A stretch of 64,000 nucleotides of DNA. It comes from Lama guanicoe (taxonomy: Eukaryota). The notes beneath the pieces are model-generated. The model ran no database searches, was not told the DNA's origin, and saw only the letters and a list, made by a program, of their open reading frames with translations. Made by a program: the position numbers and the translations under genes. Positions 46,723 to 59,309 of the stretch are shown piece by piece. The DNA lies in assembly GCA_013239625.1 (NCBI GenBank), contig MU054001.1, positions 7,055,078 through 7,119,077 of the forward strand. The letters are read 5' to 3'. Position 1 is the stretch's first letter. Each line of letters opens with the position of its first letter.

Positions 46723-49700
46723 AAATAATTTAAAAATATATTTTTATAGTATAGTCAGTTTCTGGTGACCAGCACAATGCTTCAGTCATATAGGATCATA
46801 CATATATTCATTTTCACATTCTTATTCACCATAAGTTACTACAAGATATTGAATATAGTTCCCTGTGCTATAAGTATAAACTTGTTGTTTATTTATTTTG
46901 TATATAGTAGTTAGTATCTGCAAATCTCGAGCTCCCAATTTAGACCTACCCACCCCCTTCCCCTTGGTAACCATAAGCTTGTTTTCTATGTCTGTGAATC
47001 TGTTTCTGCTTTGTAAATAAGTTCATTTTTTTTAAGATTCCACATATAAGTGATATCATATGGTATTTTTCTTTCTCTTTCTGGCTTACTTCACTTAGAA
47101 TGGCATTCTCCAGGGACATCCTTGTTGCTGCTAATGGCATTATTTTATTATTTTTTATGGCTGAATAGTATTCCATTGTATAAATATACAACTTCTTCTT
47201 TATCCAGTCATCTGTCAATAGACATTTAGATTGTTTCCCTGTCTTGGTTATTGTAAATAGTGCTGCTGTGAACATTGGGATGCATGTATCTTTTTGAATT
47301 AAGGTTCCCTCTGGATATATGCCCAGGAGTGGGATTGCTGGATCATATGGTAAGTCTATTTTTAGTCTTTTAAGGAATCCCCATATTGTTTTCCATAATG
47401 GCTGCACCAAACTACATTGCCACCAGCAGTGTAGGAGGGTTCCCTTTTCTCCACACCCTCTCCAGCATTTATTGTTTGTGGACTTTTGAATGATGGCCAT
47501 TCTGACTGGTGTGAGGTGATACCTCATTGAAGTTTTGATTTGCATTTCTCTGATAATTAGTGATATTGAGCATTTTTTCACATGCCTACTGGCCATTTGT
47601 CATCTTCATTGGAGAATTGCTTATTTAGGTCTTCTGCCCATTTTTGGATTGGACTTTTTGTTTTTTTCTTATTAAGTTGTATGAGCTGTTTATGTATTCT
47701 GGAGATTAAGCCCTTGTCAGTCTCATCTTTTGCCAATATTTTCTCTTATCCTGTAGGTTGTCATTTTGTTTTGCTTATGGTTTCCTTTGCTGTGCAAAAG
47801 CTTATAAATTTAATTAGGTCTCTTTTGTTTATTTTTAATTTCATTTCTGTTTCTTGGGTAGACTGCCCTAGGAGAACATTGCTGAGATTTATGTCAGATA
47901 ATGTTTTGCCTATGTTTTCTTCTAAGAGGTTTATTGTGTTTTGTCTTATGTTTAAGTCTTTAATCCATTTTAAGTTTATTTTTGTGTGTGATGTGAGAGA
48001 GTATTCTAGTTTCATTGATTTACATGCTGCTGTCCAGTTTTCCAAACACCATTTGCTGAAGAGACTATCTTTATCCATTTTATGTTCTTGCCTCCTTCGT
48101 CAAAGATTAATTGACCAAAAATTTGTGGGTTTATTTCTGAGTTTTCTATTCTGTTCCATTGATCCACATGTCTGTTTTTATGCCAATATCATGCTGTTTT
48201 GATTATTATAGCTCTGTGGTATTGTCTGAAGTCTGGGAGGGTTATTCCTCCAGTTTTGATTCTTTTTTTCCCAGTAATGCTTTGGCAATTCTGGGTCTTT
48301 TGTGATTTCATATAAATTTTAGGATCTTTTTTTTCTAGTTCTGTGAAAACTGTCCTGGGTAATTTGATAGGGATCCCATTAAATTTATAGATTGCTTTAA
48401 GTAGTATGGCCATTTTGACAATATTAATTTTTCCAATCCAAGAACATGGGCTATCTTTTCATTTCTCTAAGACATCTTTAATTTCCTTAGTAAATGTTTT
48501 GTAGTTCTCTGCATATGTCTTTCACTTCTTTGGTCAGATTTATTCCTAAGTATTTAATTTTTTTGGATGCAATTTTAAAAGATTGTTTCTTTACTTTCCT
48601 TTTCTGATATTTCATTGTTAGTGTAAAGAAATGCTTCTGATTTCTGTATGTGAATCTTGCATCCCACTACCTTGCTGAATTCTTTTATTAGCTCTAATAG
48701 TTTTTGGGTAGAGCCTTTAGGGTTTTCTATATATAGTATCATGTCATCCACATATAATGACAGTTTTACCTCTTCTTTTCCAATCTGGATCCCTTTTATT
48801 TCTTTTTCTTGTCTAATTGCTATGGCTAGGACTTCCAATACTATATTGAATAGAAGTGGTGAGAGTGGGCATCATTGTGTTCCAGATTTTAGTGGAAAGG
48901 CTTTCAGCTTTTCACCATTGAGTATTATGCTGGCTGTAGGTTTGTCATAAATAGCTTTTATTATGTTGAGATACGTTCTCTCTATACATTTTGGTAAGAG
49001 TTTTTATCATACATGGGTGTTGCATTTTATCAATTTTATCAAATGTTTTTTCTGCATCTATTGAGATGATCATTTGATTTTTTTCTTTTCTCTTGTTGAT
49101 GTAATGTATCACATTGATTGATTTGTGTATATTGAACCTTCCTTGTGCCCCTGGAATAAACCTAACTTGATCATGGTGTGTGATCTTTTTTATGTGTTAT
49201 TGGATTATATTTGCTAATATTTTGTTGATGATTTTTGCACCTATATTTATCAATGATTTTGGCCTATAGCTTTTTTGTTGTTAGTGTCTATGTCTGGTTT
49301 TGGTATTAGGATGAAGGTAGCTTCACAGAATGAATTTGGAAGTATTCCAACCTCTTTAATCTTTTGGAAGAGTTTGAGGAGGATTGGTATGGGCTCTTCT
49401 TTGTATGTTTGATAGAATTCTCAGTGAAGCCATCTGGTCCTGGACTTTTGTTTGCAGGAAGATTTTTTCATTGCTGATTCTATTTCACTTCTAGTGATTG
49501 GTCTGTTCAAATATCTGTTTCTTCTTGATTCAGTTTTGGTGGATTGTATGTTCCTGGAAACTTGTCCAGTTCTTCTAAGTTGTCCAATTTACTGCCATAT
49601 TGTTGTTCATAATATTCTTTTATGATTTTTTGTATTTCTGTGGTGTTGGTTGTAATCTCCATTTTCATTTCTTTTTTGTTTTTATTTGTGTTCTCTCTCT

Positions 49701-52700
49701 TTTATTCTTCATGAGCCTGGCCAGAGGTTTGTCAATCTTTTTACTCTTCAAAAAATCTGCTCTTGGTTTGATTGATTTTTTTCTATTCTTTTTAATCTCT
49801 GTTTTATTTATATACTCCCTGATCTTTATTATTTCTTTCCTTCTGATAACTTTTAATTTTGTTTGCTCTACTTTTTTTGACTCTATTAGGTGGTAGGTTA
49901 GGTTTTTTATTTGAAATTGTTCTTCTCTTTTGAGGCAGGCCTATATCACTATGAATTTTCCTCTTAGAACTGCTTTTGCTGCATCCCATAGATTTTGTGT
50001 GGTTGTGTTTTCATTGCTGTTTGTCCCAAAGTATTTTTAAACTTCTTCTTTGATTTCATCATTGACCCATTGGTTTTTTAGTAGCATGCTGTTTAATCTC
50101 CATGCTGTCATTTTTTTCTCCTTTCTTTTTCTGTGGTTGATTTCTAGTTTCATGGCATTGTAGTCAAAAAAATATGCTTGAAATAATTTCTATCCTCTTA
50201 AATTTGTTGAGGCTTCTTTTGTGCCCAGGTGTGTTGTCTATCCTAGAGAATGTTCCATGAGCACTTGAAAAGAATGTATGTTCTGTTTTTTTGGGATGTA
50301 GTGTCCTAAAAATATCAACCAAGTCCAACTGTTCTATTGTGTCATTTAGTATCTCTGTTCACTTATTGATTTTCTGTCTGGAAGATCTGTCCAGTGATGT
50401 TAGTGGGGCGTTAAAGCCTCCTACTATTATCGTTTTCCCATCAATTTCTCCCTTTATATTTGTTAGCATTTGCTTTATATATTTAGGTGCTCCTATATTG
50501 GGTGCATGTATGTTAATGAGTGTAATATCTTCATCTTGTATTGCTCCTTTGATCATTATACAGTGTCCTTCTTTATCTCTCTTTATGGCCTTTGTTTTAA
50601 AGTCTATTTTGTGTGATATGAGTATTGCTACTCCTGCTTTCTTGTCATTTCTATTTGCATGAAATATCTTTTTCCATTATCTTACTTTCAATCTATGTGT
50701 GTCCTTCACTCTAAAGTGGGTCTCTTGTAGGCAGCATATTGTAGGTTTTTGTTTTATTATCCAATCTGCCACTCTATGTGTTTTGATTGGAGCATTTAGT
50801 CCATTGACATTTATAGTAATTATTGACAAATGTGTGTTTGTTGCCATTTTGAACTTTGTTTTCCAGTTGATTTGGTATTTCTTCTTTGTTCTTTTGTTTT
50901 CCTTTTTGTGGTTTGATAGTTTTCTTTTGTACTAGCTTGGATTCTTTTTGTTTTTTTTTTGTGATTGTATTGTATGCTTTTGACTTGTGATTTACCCTGT
51001 ATTTCAAGTATGTTAACCCCTTACTATATCTGTTTGCTTTAGACTGATAGTCATGTAGGATCAAACACATCCTAAAAAGAACTAATAGAAAAAAAGGAGA
51101 GGAAAAAATCTGTATTTTCTTGCTCCTCTCTTTCACCTTTTATGATTTTGATATTTATTTTTATTTGTGTATTTTTTTTACATCTTCATGTTTATTCTCT
51201 TGCAACTCATTGTAGTTATTGCATTTCCAATTATGGTTTTCTCATTTCTATAGCATCCTGTTTCTTTTCTATTTAGAATAGACCTTTCAATATTTCTTTT
51301 AGTGTAGGTTTATTGTTGCTGAATTCTTTTAGTTTTTGCTTGTCTGTGAAATTCTTTATCTCTCCTTCTACTCTAAGGGATAATCTTGTGGGATAGAGTG
51401 TCCTAGGCTGCAGCTTTTTCTCATTCAGAACTTTGAATATATCTTGCCACTCCCTTCTGGCCAGCAGTGTTTGTGTAGAGATATCAGCTGAAAGCCTTAT
51501 GGGGGTTCCTTTGTAACTAACTCTTTGTTTTTCTCTTGCTGCCTTTAGAATCATTTATTTATCTTTAACTTTGGCCATCTTGATTTTATGTCTTGGTGTG
51601 GGTCTGTTTGTGTTCTTCTTGTTGGGGATCCTATGTGCTTCCTGTACTTGGATATCTGATTCCTTCTTTAGGTGTGGAAAGTTTTCAGTCCTGATTTCTT
51701 CAAGTACATTTTCAGTCTCCTTTGCTCTTCCTTCTTCTTCTGGGACCCCTGTTATGCATAGGTTAGCATGCTTTGTATTATCTCATAGATCCCTTATATT
51801 GCTTTCATTGGTTTTTACTTGCTTTTCTGTCTGCCGTTCTTATTGGGTGACTTCTGTTATCCTGTCTTCTAAGTCACTTATTCATTTCTCTGCATTGTCT
51901 AGTCTGCTTCTGTCTGCCTTTAGCTCAGCTCTTAACTCTGTCATTGAGTTTTCTGTTTTTAATTGATTATTCTTTATAGTTTCAATTTCCATCTTTAAAT
52001 TATTCTCTGTCTCTATTCATAGTCTCTTTTAGTTCCTTCAGTGCTTCAATCACTCCCTTATTGAAGTCATGATCTAATAGATTATAGACGTCTGTTTAAT
52101 TGATCATTCTTTCAGAGGGTTTCTCTTGTTCTTTTAATTGGGAGTAGCTCCTCTGCTTCTTTAGTTTACTTACATTTCTCTGGCTCTCTGGATTTAGAAG
52201 TATCAGTTATCTAATGTGGTTTTGAAGGGCTGTTTTATTTTTTTTTGTTCATTTTAATTTAAATTGGGAGAGTATGTGTGTAGACTGTGTGCATCTACTA
52301 GTTTTGTTATGATGGTTGTTCTTAGTGTGGATGATTGTCACATCTTTCTTCCATGAGTGTTGGCTGTTATCCCTTTAATTGGGGTGTGGTTGGTGTTGTG
52401 GTGTGTAATCAGCCTGCCCTGATTGTTATTGTTGAGTCAGGTCTCCTTTTTTGTTCTATGCTTGTTGCAGCTTTGACAGGGGCCTGGTCTGCTCCCCTGT
52501 TTCTGGAATGGAGGCTTCTAGACCTGGGTTTCTGAGCTGTGGTGTGTACTAGGCAGGGTTGGAGCTCTTCAACAGGGAAGAAGAGTAGGTAGGAGATGTC
52601 CACCAGGAAGTGCCCTCTGTGGTGTTGTCTGTCACTCGTTATGTGGGCATACGAAGTACTCTTTGTTGATGCTGCCTTTGTCCTCACTTTAGCTGTGGGA

Positions 52701-53701
52701 ATGTCAGCCACCTGCTCTGTTGTCCTTCAGGTTCTGATCTCCAGGAACCCCCAGTACAGATCCACCAATGTCAGATGCTAGGATCCGTTGTAGCAAGTGT
52801 GCAGTCATACACCTGAATCTGTGGTGCACCACAGGGTCAGTGCAGAACCCAGGCTCACCTTTACATATGGTCCAGTATATTAACCTGTTGTAAGTACCTG
52901 TACTTGCCCCCACCATGAGTCAGAACTCTGCTCACTGCCTGTTTGACCCAGAGGCATGGGTCCACAAAGGGTCCAGAAAGAGCAAATCCACCTTCTCTGC
53001 CTGGGGCTGTAAACAAATCTCAGTCCTGCCTGTGAAGTTGTAGAACTGCTGGGTATGGATTCAGCTTTCAGCCCCACCTCTATGTAGCAGTGATGGCTAT
53101 GACCAAGCCCCATCTCTCTTACTGTGTGAACACACCAACAATGGAGCCAAGTGAAGAAAATGGCTGCAATGCACCCCACCCCTCACCAACAGTGGTGCTT
53201 TTTATTGGGGGTCCCAGGCTGTTCTGTTTCACACATACCCCTAGCCAGAGCTCACACCACTGTCCAGTCCTCTGAGGCTGCCTCTTCCTAGGTTCCTCAC
53301 TGATCTTCATCAGCCAGTCCTGGCTTGTCCCTGGTGGCTCGTGTCTAGGGCCAGGGATCACAGGGACCCTCTGAGTCAGCCAAGCAATTGCCACTTTCTG
53401 TTCCAAGCCTCAAAACTTCCACTTCTGTCCCCGCTGAGCTCCCAGCTGGAGAGCAGGCATCCCAGCATGAAGGTGCCTTTCTTCCTATGCTGATCCTTCC
53501 CTGTAGGACCAGTCCTGCACTGATTTTTGATTTCTTACCAGATTTTGTGAGAATCTGCCTGTATTTTGAAGCAAGAGACACTCTACCAGAGTTCAGTAGG
53601 TGTTCTGTGAGATTCAGTGGGTTCATAGATGTAATTCTTGGGGTATTTGTGGGAGAGGGTGAGCTATGTGTCTCTCTACTTCACCATCTTGGCTCAGCCC
53701 C
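46723..53701 (-). mobile_element. Full-length (~7 kb) but inactivated L1 inserted in the GCSH pseudogene 3' UTR
   Basis: 5' end gggctgagccaagatgg (-) near 53700; ORF1 remnant 51273-51554; EN remnant 50359-50556; RT with [11 protein letters not shown] 48575-48838; C-terminus 46946-47596; TSD TTATGTAATA at 46713-46722 and 53702-53711. The ORFs are fragmented. Confidence 0.93.
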
Positions 53702-53960
53702 TTATGTAATATTTTAACTTGCTTACACCCATCCCTGGTTTTGGGTCAAAATACCTAAAGATCTTCCCATTGGAAATAACAACTGGCAGTAGAGAAAAGT
53801 TTTTGTTAGTTGTATAGTGTCAGCTGAAGAACAATACTACCTTAACTTTGCAATGTACTCTGTTTGCCAGTGCTATTTTTATACAGTGAAGCAGCAACCT
53901 TGCAGGAAAATAAGAAACAGTTTAATAATAAAATATTCAACTTCTTAATTAAAAAAATAA
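53702..53960 (+). pseudogene. GCSH: GCSH processed pseudogene, distal 3' UTR and poly(A) remnant
   Basis: Continues the GCSH-like 3' UTR (…gtgctatttttatacagtgaagca…aataataaaata); A-tract at 53951-53960; TSD AGA(C/A)GTTCTCTTTC at 45934-45947 and 53961-53974. Confidence 0.85.
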
Positions 53961-55590
53961 AGAAGTTCTCTTTCTCATGCAGTTGTTCTGCCAACACTGT
54001 ATGTTTACCCCAGGGAAGGACTCTGGTCCTGGTTGAATCACATGTCCGCTCCTGGGCCAATCGCTGCCCTGGGTAGTGAGATACTGTGACTGGTTAGACT
54101 CAGCTTGTATCACAACCCCCAAAATGGGAGGGGGTTGTGCAGCCCCAAACAATAGCTAACATGACCCACCACAGCAAGGGCTGGGAGACTGGGAACTTTC
54201 CTCTCTTTCATAGTTCCACAGTGAGGATATTTGGTCTGTCTCAGGACACTAAAAGGGGAGTAGGATATTCTATGCTTCTTCTTAACTTAGAGCTGAGATT
54301 TCTTAGTTGGTTGAAAGTCTACTGAGGTCCTTGGTAGAGATGGATGGTTGAACATACACATTAACTGCCATATTAGTAAATTTTTGAGAGTGAAAAAGAA
54401 GTAACAAGATTTTAAAAAGACATAAATTCAGAAAAACAAAGAGAAAGGGAAATAAAAACACACAAATTTGGGAAATTGAAAAGCAAACTGATTTGGTTTT
54501 CCCACTGCTGGCTTAGGAGTCTTCTTCTCCAATCTGCTGAGAAGCAGGCTGATTTATGCTGAAGAGCCACTTAAAGGCTCAGGAATTGTCACTTTCAGGT
54601 ACCCCTGGAGGTGGAGGTAAAGGCAAGGCTTGAAAAAGCAGCAAATCTATTTAAGAAGCAATTAGAACCCCCAGTTCTCTTCTACTCCATGCTGGTGGTC
54701 ATTGGCCTTTCCACACAAGGCAGGAGGGAGAAAGTTTCTTCTCAGAGAAGATACAACAAGATCTCTGACCTGGGGGATAACAGGCATGACAGGTAGCAGG
54801 GGTGCTGCACTGAAAATGGGTTGTTTTGACTGTTTCTGTACCATCTTTCTTCTCCCACTCGGCTTCCAGGATGTTGACTGCCAGGCCTGGATGGGGGTTT
54901 AGGGGAATCTTCTTTAGGCACCCATATAACTCCCCTTCTTGATATTTCAGAGATAAGAAAAGGATATAGAAAGAAAACAACATATTTAGTTGAACTCTGT
55001 GTGTTTACATGTATATGCATGGGAAGTTCAAGAGGTAGTTTATGTGTGTGGTATGACCAGCATCATAGAAAAATCTTAGATATTGATACATATTCCCGTA
55101 TTAACCAGCCCCATAAGAGAAGCACATTTGTTACACATTTCTCCAATTAGACCTTAATCCCCATGAGCATCTGTCTTGCCATCGCTGTGTCCCAAGCAGT
55201 TTGCAGAGTGTCTGGCATGCTTGAAGTCCTTAGTGAATGTTATTGGGTAAAGAATGTGAGATCTGTGAACATTTTCAGCCCCCATCCTGGTTGAAGTATA
55301 AGGAATGAGTTAGCAAGTTCTAGTGTGGGATGGAGGAGGATCCTTGGTCAGGAATGGAAAGAAAGTCGCCCTTGCTCTCCTCCACAAAGCATACAAATTT
55401 CCTTGGTGGGGAAGTGACTCAGGGCTCCAATAGACTTTCATGGTTTTACTGAACAAGTACATTGGTATAAAGAACACATAATATACATTTTCTTAAACTT
55501 AGAAGTTTATTTTTTTCTTCTGATTTTAAAACCGCTTGTGTGTGCCCCAAATGGTATTGTGGGCTCTGGTACTGTGCCCACTCTGCAAAG

Positions 55591-56198
55591 TGCGGGGGGC
55601 CACTCATGACCTGAGGACTGCCGAGCACAGAGGTTGGGCCTAAACTCCCACAGTGCAGGGCGTCAGGCTCTGAGGTTGATCTCTCAAGGACAATCTCTGT
55701 CCCGCCACCCCTTTGAGGAATGTGCCAGATGCATTAAGTTAAGAACTAAGGACCTTTGGAAGGAGAGATACAATCGGCATGCAAGTTAGTGATCTTAGCC
55801 TGAAGAACAATCACCTGAGATAATAGTACACGAGTCACGATGTTAGCTTAGAGGAACAATGCCTTAGTTTATCATCTTGGTTCCAGGAACTCTTAATCTT
55901 AGTTTTACGAGAACTGTAAACAATAATGATGTCTGTAACAATTTACAAGTTAATGATTTTAGTACACGTTGTTAATGTGCCTTAAAACAATACCTTTGCC
56001 TACATGCAGGAATGTATGAGCTAATGGGTTAAAATCATATAAATTAACTGCAAGAAATAAACTCGTCGTCCACTCTTGACCTAGCGTCTTGCGGGCTAGA
56101 GTGAGACCCTCTCAACCCCTCCTTTTGGTCTTGTCTTTCTTTCTCAGTCCTGCAGCACAGGTTTTCTGGACCTGATCGATTGTCGGCTGGCTCCGACA
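55591..56198 (+). mobile_element. Solo LTR, betaretrovirus/ERV-K-like, 608 bp
   Basis: TG...CA termini; perfect 6-bp TSD GCAAAG at 55585-55590 and 56199-56204; TATAAA at 56038 closely followed by AATAAA at 56056. Confidence 0.88.
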
Positions 56199-56356
56199 GC
56201 AAAGGATACATGGGCCCTTGCGTGGCCTGGACAATGGCAATCTGGGCTGCAGCAGGAGGCCAGGTAGGGCTCTTCAGAAGCAGGTGCTAATAACAACACC
56301 TCTTTATTTCTTCTGCTGAGAAAATACCAAGCCATTTCGAGATGCCCTGCCTGTTC

Positions 56357-56905
56357 TGATACAGGAAGAGGAATGTGGGGTGAGAGGATGGCCATGTCCT
56401 AGGTCTCGGTTGAGTCCCTGGGATGTGCCCTGCCAAATGTGTGTCCTTGGCTTCGAGGAGGAAAGAATTCAAAAGTGAGCCATAGTTAAGTAAAGGTAGA
56501 TTTATTCAGAGAAATGCATACTGCATAGAGTGCAGGCTGTTTCAGAAAGAGAGAGAAAGGCTGTGAGGAGTCAGGGTTGTTAGTTTTTATGGGCTCAGTA
56601 GCTTCATATGCTAACAAGTGGGAGGATTATTCCAACTACTTTCGGGGAAGGGCTGAGGTTCCCAGGAATTGGACTCCCACCCACTTTTTGACCTTTTATG
56701 GTCAGGCTCAGAATTGTCATGGTGCCTGTTCACGTGCAAATATCTTACAATGAGTGTAAAATGAAGCTCAATGTCTCCTGGAAATCAAATCTCCCACCAT
56801 TTTGGGCCTCAAGACCTGTTGGGAGTTGAATTTTCCACCACCTTGCTGTTGATTGCTGTGTTATTTGTTGAACGGCTGTGCCCTGCCCTTTTCCTTGCTG
56901 TCTCA
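56357..56905 (-). mobile_element. Solo LTR, ERV1-like
   Basis: TG...CA termini; 4-bp TSD GTTC at 56353-56356 and 56906-56909; AATAAA on the - strand near 56501-56506. Confidence 0.8.
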
Positions 56906-58547
56906 GTTCCACATTAGACATCCCACTTTTATGAAGGCTTGGCCAGATACCCCACACAATAAACACTAGTTGATGACAATCATGATGACAAAGGCAACGA
57001 TAATGATTTGTCATGTATCAGGCACTCTGTGAAGTGCATTTCTCAAACCTTTCATGTGTTGTTGGAATATGCCAGGGAAAACATTGGAACTTCAACATGC
57101 TTAAAAGTGTGGCCTTGATTTCTGAGAAATCTTGGCTCCTCTGATTGCTCATCTAGAACCCGCTGCCCCTTCTTTTGGTCACAGCACCTTCATATCTCTG
57201 GAGGGAGCCTTTCCTCACTCACTGAGGCCAATCTTGGGATTGTCAACCTAGTGTGGGCTCATACACGACTCAGACATGGGCCACTGGACCTATCTTCTTG
57301 GGATTTTGAATCTTGAGGGAAATAATGCTAGAATACAAAACGTCAGTTTGGGGCCTGTTTTAGAATGAATGAGCTCTTGCCTGCCACCTACACCAGCCCT
57401 TCTCTGTCCACCCAACATACCCTGTGCTTCTACTCTAATTCAGCCTGGTTCTCCTGCTCAGTTGATTCTTCTTTTCATTTAAATAGCAAAAGAAATTATT
57501 GGAAGGATATTGGGTTGTTTGGGGTCAGGTTTCTTTGCCATCAAAGAACCTTGAGGGATGCAGCCCTAAAGGAGCCCCAGTCGTGGTGGCTGGAATAGGA
57601 GTGTATTTTATTCTTTAACAACAAACTCTGAAACTCTGCAGGGCCTGAGTCTAAGATCCCATTTAGCTGGAGAGGAGTTTGCAGCAGATCTCCTGAGGTA
57701 ACGCCCAGAACAGGAAGATAACTGCGAAGCTTAGTTTATTTCCATACAGATGGGATTTTAAGTTCTTATCTGGGTAACAAGAACGAAAAAGAATGTCATA
57801 CAGACACATTTAGGGTAGCCTGGTTAATTCCTTCTTCTTTTGGAACAACTGCATTATCAAGATTATGCTTCACTGCCTGTTAGACTCGCTTCTGCTGGGA
57901 AGCAGATGAATTGATTTTGAACTTCTTCAGTGATACGCTTAGTGCTTTGTCAGTAAAATTACTGTAATATCTTATGCTATCTGTCATATTCCCTTCTTGC
58001 AGCAGGAGCCATCTACAACCACAAAGTTTTCAAGCTGAATTTCAATCTTCACAGTGGTTAGTATGTGAGCCCACATTCTGGTGTTCTGCTGGCAGGCTGG
58101 GGATGGGCTGCCGTGTGGGTGGTGGCCTGGTTTTTGATTTTCATACACAGAGAAGCACCACAACCCTGAATGGTCTCTGGGCTGGAGGCATGGATGAGCT
58201 GAGTCAGTTTTGCAAATATCCTCATCCTTGGAGGCCTGGAGCTTTGAGGCAGCAGGGCTGGAATCAGGGTGAGGTGACATGAGTGAGGCATCTGCCTGAA
58301 GCAAACCTTAGAGGTGTCCAGAAACTCGGCAAAGACAAATCATATTTTAATGTGATGTTAGAAACATCAAAATTAATAGAAAAAAATCCATGATGAACGA
58401 AATATGAAACATTTCCGTAAAGCCAGGATCAGTAACAGCACTGTGCTGTTGCATTGGAGCCTGAGGCAGAAGGGACAATTAGCAGGGCTGCTCCCCTGCC
58501 CCACCTGCAGCCTCCCTGGCATTTCCCTGCAAGTTGGAACTTCCCAT

Positions 58548-59309
58548 TGGTACAGAAAAATGGGGTGCAAGAGGATGGCCATGTTCCAGGTCCCAGGCGA
58601 GTCCCTGGGATACCCTCGCCAAGAAAGGGTTCTTGGCTTTGCACAGGAAAGAATTCAAGAGCAAGCCACAGTTGAGTAAAAGTAGATTCATTTATTTATT
58701 TTTTAAACATTTTTTATCAAGTTGTAATCATTTTACAATGTTACGTCAAATTCCAGTGAAGAGCACAATTTTTCAGTTATACGTGAACGTACATACATTC
58801 ATTGTCACATTTTTTTCTCTGTGAGCTACCACAAGATCTTGTATATGTTTCCCTGTGATATACAGTATAATCTTGTTTATCTATTCTACATTTTGAAATC
58901 CCAATATTTATTAAGAGAGATGTACATGCCATAGACAGAGTGTGGGCTGTCTCAGAAGGCAAGAGAGAGAGAGCGACCACCACGAGGTTGCTGCTAGTTT
59001 TTATATGCTAACAAGTGAGAGGATAATTCCAGCTGCTTTGGGGAAAGGGTGGGGATTCTTAGGAATTGGTCCACCACCCTCTCTTTGACCTTTCATGGTT
59101 AGCTTTGGAACTGTCATGGCACCTGTGGGAGTGCCATTCACCAGGCTAGTACATTACAGTGTGTATATCGCAGCTCAAGGTCCACTGGAGTTTGAACCTC
59201 CTGCCATCTTTGGGCCTCAGGGTCTATTGGGAGTTGACTTTTCCACTGACTTGGTGCTGACTGTTGTGTCATTCCTTTAATGGCTGTGTCCTGCCCCCTT
59301 CCTGTCTCA
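58548..59309 (-). mobile_element. Second LTR of the same ERV1-like family, interrupted by an L1 3' fragment (about 58690-58905)
   Basis: Collinear with 56357-56905 (gaggatggccatgt..gagtccctgggat..ggaaagaattcaa..atatgctaacaagtg..tttgaccttt..gtctca). Confidence 0.8.

Larger units (their letters stand above)
45830..54140. mobile_element. Ancient MaLR (MLT1-type) LTR split by the GCSH/L1 insertion (pieces about 45830-45947 and 53961-54140)
   Basis: cccctggcagctcc..acatcct.. before the insertion, and cccagggaaggactctg..tcacatgtcc..ccaatc..gtgactggttag after it. Confidence 0.6.

Noticed and set aside
46723..53701. An active L1
   Set aside because: ORF1 and ORF2 are broken into many short frames and the poly(A) tail is degraded.
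56357..59309. A single deleted provirus bounded by the two same-family LTRs
   Set aside because: The first LTR has its own TSD on both sides, and the spacer shows no recognisable PBS or gag/pol remnants.
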